Source: a bacterium | GTDB taxonomy: Bacteria; Zhuqueibacterota; Zhuqueibacteria; Residuimicrobiales; Krinioviventaceae | DNA length: 64,000 nucleotides | Assembly (NCBI GenBank): GCA_963675755.2 | Contig: CAXXMD010000003.1 | Span: 2,144,001-2,208,000, forward strand | Direction: 5' to 3' | In this document: one piece after another, positions 1-7,585 of the stretch | How the letters are laid out: the number at the start of each line of letters is the position of its first letter | How positions within the stretch are numbered: the stretch's first letter is position 1 | Position numbers and translations under genes: made by a program | Notes under the pieces: model-generated | Seen by the model: the letters and a program-made list of their open reading frames with translations, nothing else | What the model was told of the DNA's origin: nothing | The model's database searches: none

Positions 1-1212
1 TGTATAGCCCACATTAACCTGGCCATTTTCGAGATTGTATTTAATAGCATTTTCCGTCAGATTGGTTACAACCTGTTTGAGTCGGGTTTTATCTCCCATA
101 ACAAAAACAGGTTCTTGAGTGCTTTTCAGGAATATCAATGTTACATTACTGTCTTTTGCTGTTTCCTGAAGGTCTTTGACAATTTTTTTAAGCCATTTTC
201 TTACATCAAAAGCTTCAAAACTCATTTTCATCTCACCGGATTCGATGCGTGAGATTTCAATTAAATCGGTTAAAAGATTGTTGAGTCGAACCGCCTGCCG
301 ATAGGTTTTTTTGATGAATTTTCGCTGTACTTTGGGATCAAAGTTTTTTGTGGCCATCAAGGTTTCCAAATAGCCCTGAACCGCAAAAATAGGAGTACGC
401 AATTCGTGAGATACATTACCAAGAAACTGACTACGCATTCTTTCAAGCTTGCGGAGGTAGATCAGGTCTTCCTGAAGTTTTTCCAGCATTTCGTTTAATA
501 ATCCCGCAAGATCACCAATTTCATCATTCGAAGTGTGCTCAAACCTTGCCTCCATGTTGCCTTTTTTTATGGATTCAGCGACCTGGGCCATTCTGTGGAT
601 GGGGTATGTCATTCTGCTGGAAATGTAATAACTTACAATTGCTATAATGAGAAGTGCAATAGCACCACCGACGGTAATTTTCCATCTGAGCGCTTTTAGT
701 ACATCATCAATCTCTCTGAGTAAAACTGCCAACCGAATATAGTGGATGCGGTTCAAAAAGTTTGATTCACCCTTTTGGTGTGTAAATTCCTGGGAAGTAT
801 AAAACATGGATTCGTGGATGGTTGCGGAAAGGCGTTTGTCGTATCCGACAATGTGCGCATCCGCCATTTGGATTTCGGGCCGGTTTAAATGGTTTTCAAG
901 GTTTGAAAGCGAGTCTTGAGATACCTGGGAATCATAAATTACTTTGCCGGAAGAATCTATAAAAGTAATACGTATTCCGGCTTGTTCTGCATAGCCATCA
1001 AGCTTAGAGTACTCTATCGGTCCTTTAACCCCAATATCAGTATTTGCCAAAAGATATTCGAGTTCTTTGAGTTGGGTGCTCATTTGTTCAAGTATCTTGT
1101 GGCGATAATATCTTTGGATTTCAATTGTAGAAATAATACTAGCCGCTACAGTTACAAAAAATAGTAACGACAAGGTAAGATATATTAATTTTCTACGAAG
1201 AGATATATGCAT
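1..1212 (-). CDS. phoR: Phosphate-regulon sensor histidine kinase (partial, runs off the left edge; absent from ORF track)
   Basis: Manual translation from ATG at 1212 gives MHISLRRKLIYLTLSLLFFV (TM segment), a second TM plus HAMP region, H-box SQFLGNVSHELRTPIFAVQGYLETL and N-box VTNLTENAIKYN. Lies directly downstream of the response regulator. Confidence 0.9.
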   Translation of the reverse strand, partial: MHISLRRKLIYLTLSLLFFVTVAASIISTIEIQRYYRHKILEQMSTQLKELEYLLANTDIGVKGPIEYSKLDGYAEQAGIRITFIDSSGKVIYDSQVSQDSLSNLENHLNRPEIQMADAHIVGYDKRLSATIHESMFYTSQEFTHQKGESNFLNRIHYIRLAVLLREIDDVLKALRWKITVGGAIALLIIAIVSYYISSRMTYPIHRMAQVAESIKKGNMEARFEHTSNDEIGDLAGLLNEMLEKLQEDLIYLRKLERMRSQFLGNVSHELRTPIFAVQGYLETLMATKNFDPKVQRKFIKKTYRQAVRLNNLLTDLIEISRIESGEMKMSFEAFDVRKWLKKIVKDLQETAKDSNVTLIFLKSTQEPVFVMGDKTRLKQVVTNLTENAIKYNLENGQVNVGYT

Positions 1213-1225
1213 ATATAATCAAAAT

Positions 1226-1912
1226 TCAGACTTTGAAGCGATAGCCAACACCTTTGATGGTCTCAATCAGGCTCATGTTTTCTGTGCCCAGTTTTTCTCT
1301 GATTTTGCGGATATGTACATCAATGGTCCGATCAATAACTACTACATTTTCATCCCAGATTTCATCAAGAAGGATTTTGCGGGTAATAACCCGTCCGGGA
1401 CGTTTTGCCATATAATAAAGTATATCAAATTCTTTTTTTGTAAGAACTATATCCTGGTTTGAAGATGTCACTTTATAACTTTGCGGGTCGATTACAAGCT
1501 CATCAACGATGATTCGATCATCATTTTCCGGTTGTTTAGTTTTTGAACGTTTTAAAACTTTTTTAATACGCGCTAGCAGTTTTCGAATGCTGATAGGTTT
1601 TACAATATAGTCGTCGGCCCCTAATTCAAGCCCAAGAACTTCATCAATTTCACTGTCTTTGGCGGTAAGATATATTACAGGAATATCCTGTGTTCTGGGA
1701 TCTTTTCGTAGTTCTTTCAAGACCTCCCAACCATCTTTGCCCGGCAGCATTATGTCTAAAATGATCAAATCCGGATTTTCTGCTTTTGTGGATAAAAGTG
1801 CTTGTTCACCATCACTGGCTGTTACTGTATTATAGCCTTCATTTTGTAAATTGAATTCCAACAAGTCAATAATATCTTTTTCATCATCTACTATTAATAT
1901 TTTTTTAGACAT
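1226..1912 (-). CDS. phoB: OmpR/PhoB-family response regulator
   Basis: Receiver motifs ILIVDDE, LDIMLP and GADDYIVKP; winged-helix RTIDVHIRKIREKL and ETIKGVGYRF. Adjacent to phoR and phosphate genes. Confidence 0.9.
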   Translation of the reverse strand: MSKKILIVDDEKDIIDLLEFNLQNEGYNTVTASDGEQALLSTKAENPDLIILDIMLPGKDGWEVLKELRKDPRTQDIPVIYLTAKDSEIDEVLGLELGADDYIVKPISIRKLLARIKKVLKRSKTKQPENDDRIIVDELVIDPQSYKVTSSNQDIVLTKKEFDILYYMAKRPGRVITRKILLDEIWDENVVVIDRTIDVHIRKIREKLGTENMSLIETIKGVGYRFKV

Positions 1913-2001
1913 ATTTTCTATCTTTATATTATGAATATATACAATGACTAAAATTACATTTTAATATTCATTAAATCAAGTGTAAATGTCTTTAAATTCC
2001 C

Positions 2002-2029
2002 TTTACATTATCTTAACATTAACTTAACA
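2002..2029 (+). promoter_or_regulatory. Putative Pho box (three direct repeats, 11-bp period) upstream of the PiT transporter
   Basis: TTTACA(2002)-TTAACA(2013)-TTAACA(2024); near-identical motifs at 4503 and 10696. Confidence 0.75.
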
Positions 2030-2199
2030 TTGGAAGAAAAAAAATGAATATTTTCAATAAATCAGGGCTTTTAAGAGAGTTTTGCTTTTTTTTTAATTGT
2101 TTTAAAGGTTATATTTTAATAAATTTTTTAACATGGTTTAGTATGATCTAAATCAATTCAAATATAGCAAGTTATCGTTTTGAAAAAGCGAGAGAATGT

Positions 2200-4422
2200 A
2201 TGGAATTGTATTTATTTGTTGTGATTGTATTGTTCGGGTTAGCTTTATCCGATTTGATGGTAGGTGTAAGTAATGATGCCGTAAATTTTATGAATTCTGC
2301 GGTAGGCTCCAAGGCTGCTCCCCGTTGGGTTATTGTATTGATTGCCAGTTTTGGTATTCTTATTGGGGTAATGTTTTCAAGTGGAATGATGGAGGTTGCC
2401 AGAAAAGGTATCTTTCATCCTGAATATTTTACAATGCCCGAATTGCTGTATATTTTTATTGCGGTAATGATTACAGAAGTTATTTTGCTGGATCTGTTTA
2501 ATACCTTTGGTTTACCAACTTCAACAACCGTATCTATTGTGTTTGAGTTGTTGGGAGCTGCTGTTGCTATTTCTTTGATTAAAGTAACGCTGTCTGGTGA
2601 AGGTATTGAAGCGCTTGCTAATTATATCAATACAGCAAAAGCACTAATGATTATAACGGGTATTTTATTGTCTATTGTTATTGCATTTTCTGTGGGTATG
2701 ATTGTACAGTTTATTACGCGTTTGATTTTTACTTTTGATTTTGAAAAGCGTTTAAAACGATATGGTGCGTTTTGGGGTGGCGTTGCGTTATCTGCAATTA
2801 CATATTTTATTTTGATTAAAGGTGCTAAAGGTGCTTCCTTTATCAGTGCAGAAATGCTAACCTGGATTAAAACCCATACGTTGATTATTTTAGGTTCAAG
2901 CTTTGTGGTATGGTCTGTTATCTTTTTGTTTATCATAGTATTTACCCGTATTAATATCCTTAAAATTATTATTCTGATGGGCACCTTTGCTCTTGCAATG
3001 GCTTTTGCTGCTAATGATCTTGTAAATTTTATTGGTGTTCCGTTGGCTGGTTTTAGTGCATATAAACATGGTATGGCAGAGGCAAATCCATTAACCGCCA
3101 GCATGGAGGCATTGTCTGGGCCGGTTCAAACTGAAACCTGGATGCTGTTGATTGCCGGTACTGTCATGGTAGCTACATTATGGATTTCAAAAAAGGCGAG
3201 AACTGTCAGCAAAACCGAGTTGGGACTTGCACGCCAGGATGAGGGTGATGAAAGATTTGAACCTTCAGGCTTTTCACGCATGATCTTGCGTATGTTTATT
3301 TCTCAAGGACAGGTTGTTGGAAGAGTGATACCCGCTTCAGTAAAAAATTATGTAGATAACCGTTTTCAACGTGTTAAAACCGTTAATAAAAAAGATAAAG
3401 AAACTGCCAACTGGGATTTGTTACGTGCCTCAGTTAACTTGATGGTTGCCAGTATGTTGATCTCACTGGGCACCTCTTTGAAATTACCGCTCTCAACAAC
3501 ATATGTTACCTTTATGGTGGCGATGGGTACATCGTTATCAGACCGTGCCTGGGGACGCGATAGTGCTGTATATCGTATTTCGGGCGTGTTGACAGTAATT
3601 GGTGGATGGTTTTTAACAGCATTGGTTGCATCTACAGTTGCAATGTTGTTTGCTTCTTTAATCTATTTTTTCCCATGGCCGGCAACTATTCTATTGACTT
3701 TGTTAGTGGCATTTGTACTTTTCCGTACACAAATTTACCATACAAAAAAAGAAAAAGAAGAATCAGAAGATATAGAACTGGATGTGTTGGATTCTCCGCC
3801 GCTGCAGGAATTTAACAAATTAACTAAAAAATTAGATAAATATTTTAACAAGATTGAGAATAATCTTGAATTGGTTTATAATGGCATTTCTAAACAAAAC
3901 CGCAATAAATTAAAAGATGCAAAATCCAATTCGAAAAAGATTTGCAAAACCTCAAACAAGTTATTAACCCGTGTGTTGAACATTATGCAAATGCCCGACT
4001 CTGATGTAATTGATGTTGATCCCATTATTTTCAGTGGCATTACTGAGAGCAGCCAGAAAATGAAAGAACTATCTGAAATTTGTTTAACTTATGTTGAAAA
4101 TCAGCATATTGGTCTTTTAGATGAACAAAAAGAAGAATTGGCTACTCTGAAAAAACAGGTATCTAAATTTTTTAAACGTTCCGCTGAATATTTAAAAGAT
4201 GATGATCTGACGGTTGATGAATGTCTGGAAAGTGGAGAAAAGATTAGAATGACCATTCAGGAATTGAACCGCAACCATTTAAAGCGGGTTAGAGAGGGTA
4301 ATTATCGTACTCGTCAAAGCCTGTTATATTTGGATATTTTGAACCATACTGAAGCAATAACTTCGCAAACAACACAATTGCTTGCCGGTATAGCCAACAC
4401 GGAAATACCTGATCCCAGTTAA
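2200..4422 (+). CDS. pit: Inorganic phosphate transporter (PiT/PHO4 family) with a C-terminal PhoU-like helical domain
   Basis: PiT signatures GVSNDAVN, PTSTT, AANDLVN and LPLSTT; many TM helices; soluble helical C-terminus of about 220 aa. Confidence 0.85.
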   Translation: MELYLFVVIVLFGLALSDLMVGVSNDAVNFMNSAVGSKAAPRWVIVLIASFGILIGVMFSSGMMEVARKGIFHPEYFTMPELLYIFIAVMITEVILLDLFNTFGLPTSTTVSIVFELLGAAVAISLIKVTLSGEGIEALANYINTAKALMIITGILLSIVIAFSVGMIVQFITRLIFTFDFEKRLKRYGAFWGGVALSAITYFILIKGAKGASFISAEMLTWIKTHTLIILGSSFVVWSVIFLFIIVFTRINILKIIILMGTFALAMAFAANDLVNFIGVPLAGFSAYKHGMAEANPLTASMEALSGPVQTETWMLLIAGTVMVATLWISKKARTVSKTELGLARQDEGDERFEPSGFSRMILRMFISQGQVVGRVIPASVKNYVDNRFQRVKTVNKKDKETANWDLLRASVNLMVASMLISLGTSLKLPLSTTYVTFMVAMGTSLSDRAWGRDSAVYRISGVLTVIGGWFLTALVASTVAMLFASLIYFFPWPATILLTLLVAFVLFRTQIYHTKKEKEESEDIELDVLDSPPLQEFNKLTKKLDKYFNKIENNLELVYNGISKQNRNKLKDAKSNSKKICKTSNKLLTRVLNIMQMPDSDVIDVDPIIFSGITESSQKMKELSEICLTYVENQHIGLLDEQKEELATLKKQVSKFFKRSAEYLKDDDLTVDECLESGEKIRMTIQELNRNHLKRVREGNYRTRQSLLYLDILNHTEAITSQTTQLLAGIANTEIPDPS

Positions 4423-4440
4423 TTTTCGTTTTGAATATGA

Positions 4441-4478
4441 AAAAAGCGTCTGTATTTATATACAGACGCTTTTTTTTT
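4441..4478 (+). terminator. Intrinsic terminator after pit
   Basis: AAAAAGCGTCTGTAT-TTAT-ATACAGACGCTTTTTTTTT: perfect stem followed by a T run. Confidence 0.9.
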
Positions 4479-4502
4479 GCCTATTTACTGTAATTTTCCC
4501 TC

Positions 4503-4556
4503 TTTACAATTTCTTAACATTGGCTTTATAGCCTGCTAACGTGCTAAAAGTATATT
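4503..4556 (+). promoter_or_regulatory. Putative Pho box plus -10 element of the TonB-receptor operon
   Basis: TTTACA(4503)-TTAACA(4514)-TTTATA(4525)-CTAACG(4536) at an 11-bp period; TATATT at 4551. Confidence 0.75.
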
Positions 4557-4601
4557 TGTCTGTAATAAATTGGCAGAAACTTGAATCATTGAGGTATTTA
4601 A

Positions 4602-7502
4602 ATGTTAAGAAAAAGTCTAATTTTATCCGCTTTGCTGCTTTTTATGTTGAGCTATACCAGTGTGGTATTTTCTCAGGGCAATGGAACCATTACAGGTAAA
4701 GTGGTAGACAAGGAAACAGGTACTCCATTGCCGGGTGTGAATGTTGTCATTGAGGGAACTCGCAGAGGTTCTGCGACTGACCTTGAAGGGGTTTATCGAA
4801 TCAAAGGATTGCCAGCCGGCACGTACTCTCTGGTTTCAACTTATATCGGATATTCAAATTTTAGAATTGAAGGTGTTGAAGTTAAAGAAGGTCAGGTTGA
4901 AAAGCTTGATTTTGCAATGGGTATGGAAGTGCTTGAAGGTCAGGAAGTGGTTGTTACCGCAAAAGCAGTAAAAAATACTGAAGCGGTACTGCTCAAAGAT
5001 CGTCAAAAGGCAACATCAGTAAGCGATGCGATCAGTGCAGAGGCTATTACACAGGCTGGAGCTGGTGACGCAGCCGAGGCAATGAAAGGTGTTACCGGAG
5101 CTTCTGTTGTAGGTGGTAAAAAAGTATTTGTCCGTGGTTTAGGAGATCGATATACCAGTACCCAGTTGAATGGAGCCGAACTTCCCAGTTCAGATCCATA
5201 TGCACGTTCAGGTTCAATTGATCTTATTCCTTCGGGCTTGATTGATAATATTGTTACGGTAAAAAGTTTTACTCCGGATAAGGCAGGTGATTTTTCCGGT
5301 GGAACCGTTGATATTAAAACCAAAGATTTTCCCGAACAGCTTACCTTGAATTTTTCAGCCAGCACATCATATAATACCCAGGCAACATTTAATGATAATG
5401 CTTTGCGCGTAACAGATGCCGGAAACTTGCGATGGTTGGGTTTTGATAATGGTTCTCTTTCATTACCCGATATTGTTGGTGATGATTTGTTGACTTTTGA
5501 GGGAAATCCCAGAACCAATTCTGAACTGGCTCAATTTCAGGATGTTATTGTAAAATCCTTTAATCACAATATGATGCCAAACACAGCTACGTTGCCAATG
5601 GCCCAGAGCTATTCATTCTCTGCGGGTAATCAGTTTGGATTGTTCGGCAAGCCTTTTGGTTATTTGGGTAGTTTGACATATAGCCGTTCTTATAAAAATT
5701 ATGATGATGGTGAATATAATCGCTGGGGTTTGGATGTTCTTGATCCTTCCAAAGCATCGGGTTTGGATATGTGGTATGATTTGAATGATCATAAGACCAC
5801 TGACGATGTACTTTGGGGTGCTACTCTGAAAACATCATACAAACCAACATCTCGTGATTTGATCAGTGTGACCGGGTTGTATAATCAGAACGCCGTGGCA
5901 ACTTCAAGAATATTCTCGGGTGTATTTCCCTATGATTATGCAGAAGATGACACTTATATAGCCACCGCTCAACAATATAATGAACGCAGTTTAAGATCTG
6001 TTCATATAGATGGAAGCCATCAACTCGACGCGCTTTGGGGCATTAAAGCGGATTGGAAAATTGCCACCTCTCGCACCACCCAGGATGAACCTGATACCCG
6101 TTATCTGAATTTTTATCAAAACGCAAATGGTTTGATTGGTATTCGCTCCAATACGGCACAGGAACGTTATTATAGAAATCTTGAAGAAGACCGGAATGAT
6201 TACAAATTAGATTTTACGGTACCTATGAACTTTGCATTTATGCGCACCGGGTCTTTCAAATTTGGTTATAGTTATTCTACACGTCAGCGTGATTTCCTGG
6301 AAAGACGGTTTGTTTATGATCCTAATAGTGATCTTCAGGACCAGTTTAGAATTAATCCGGATGATCTGAATTCGACATTAACCTCTGATGTATTGGGTCT
6401 GATTGGTCAGGAAACCAGAACTTTGCCCAATGGTGAAGTGAGAACTTATAACACTATGGGTATTATTCTTGAGGAAACAGCACAGCAATCCAGCAATTAT
6501 GATGCAGAACAGGTTGTTGATGCAACTTATGCCATGGTTGATGTACCGGTTACCCGAAAATTACGTTTTATTGGCGGCGCGCGTTACGAGTCAACAGACA
6601 TGTCTGTAAACAGTCTTGATCCGGATCCGCAATACAGTGGTGCTATTGAAACTCATGATCTGCTGCCATCTGTTAATTTTGTTTACAGTTTGAGTGAAAA
6701 TATGAATGCCAGGGTCGCTTATGGTCGCACCCTTGCAAGACCTTCATTCCGTGAAATATCCGGATTTGCTTCTTATGATTTTAAAGAAGGTGACAAGTTT
6801 AGAGGATATTCAAATTTAAAACGAACACTGATTGATAATTTTGATCTTCGCTGGGAATGGTTCAGCCGCCCGGGTGAGATTTATGCGATTAGTGCATTTT
6901 ACAAAGATTTTACGGATCCAATCGTTCAGGTACTGTTAAAAGGTGGAAACAGTTGGTTCAGTTGGAGAAATGTTGCAGAAGCTACAACCTATGGTGTTGA
7001 ATTTGAAATGCGCAAGAAACTGGATGTTCTTCACCATTCATTGAACAATTTTACCTTTAGCGGTAACTTGTCATTAATTGAATCTGAAATACAATATACC
7101 AATAAAGACCTTTTGGACGAATATCAACAGCAGAGTGATACCAGCGCGGTTGTCAACTATACACGTCCATTTCAGGGGCAGTCACCTTATTTGTTGAACC
7201 TGAGTCTGGCGTATGATAATTATGACCGTGGCTTAAATGCCAGCTTGTACTTTAATATTTTTGGTCAACGTTTGTCGTCAATTGGTGAATACCCTACACC
7301 AGATATTTATGAACAACCTGCAACTATATTGAATTTTTCAATAACAAAGAAATTGATAAACCACATGTCGGTAAAGCTCGCGGTGAACAATATTTTGGAT
7401 ACCTATGAGAAAAGAACCTACGAGTTTAAAGATACTGAATATATCTATCAGAGATTTCAGACCGGCAGAACCATCTCTATGGGATTTAAATACAATTTAT
7501 AA
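4602..7502 (+). CDS. TonB-dependent outer-membrane receptor with an N-terminal carboxypeptidase-regulatory-like domain
   Basis: Signal peptide; ITGKVVDKETGTPLPGVNV domain; plug motifs VFVRGLGDRY, DLIPSGLIDNI and GDFSGGTVDI; terminal beta strand MGFKYNL. Confidence 0.92.
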   Translation: MLRKSLILSALLLFMLSYTSVVFSQGNGTITGKVVDKETGTPLPGVNVVIEGTRRGSATDLEGVYRIKGLPAGTYSLVSTYIGYSNFRIEGVEVKEGQVEKLDFAMGMEVLEGQEVVVTAKAVKNTEAVLLKDRQKATSVSDAISAEAITQAGAGDAAEAMKGVTGASVVGGKKVFVRGLGDRYTSTQLNGAELPSSDPYARSGSIDLIPSGLIDNIVTVKSFTPDKAGDFSGGTVDIKTKDFPEQLTLNFSASTSYNTQATFNDNALRVTDAGNLRWLGFDNGSLSLPDIVGDDLLTFEGNPRTNSELAQFQDVIVKSFNHNMMPNTATLPMAQSYSFSAGNQFGLFGKPFGYLGSLTYSRSYKNYDDGEYNRWGLDVLDPSKASGLDMWYDLNDHKTTDDVLWGATLKTSYKPTSRDLISVTGLYNQNAVATSRIFSGVFPYDYAEDDTYIATAQQYNERSLRSVHIDGSHQLDALWGIKADWKIATSRTTQDEPDTRYLNFYQNANGLIGIRSNTAQERYYRNLEEDRNDYKLDFTVPMNFAFMRTGSFKFGYSYSTRQRDFLERRFVYDPNSDLQDQFRINPDDLNSTLTSDVLGLIGQETRTLPNGEVRTYNTMGIILEETAQQSSNYDAEQVVDATYAMVDVPVTRKLRFIGGARYESTDMSVNSLDPDPQYSGAIETHDLLPSVNFVYSLSENMNARVAYGRTLARPSFREISGFASYDFKEGDKFRGYSNLKRTLIDNFDLRWEWFSRPGEIYAISAFYKDFTDPIVQVLLKGGNSWFSWRNVAEATTYGVEFEMRKKLDVLHHSLNNFTFSGNLSLIESEIQYTNKDLLDEYQQQSDTSAVVNYTRPFQGQSPYLLNLSLAYDNYDRGLNASLYFNIFGQRLSSIGEYPTPDIYEQPATILNFSITKKLINHMSVKLAVNNILDTYEKRTYEFKDTEYIYQRFQTGRTISMGFKYNL

Positions 7503-7585
7503 TCTCAGGAGATGAATGATACAGGCTTTAATTCATTGTATATAAAGCTTAATTAAATAACACAATTAAAAAAGGAGTTGTTCTG

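Noticed and set aside
916-1164. 82-aa plus-strand ORF
   Set aside because: Antisense shadow of phoR.
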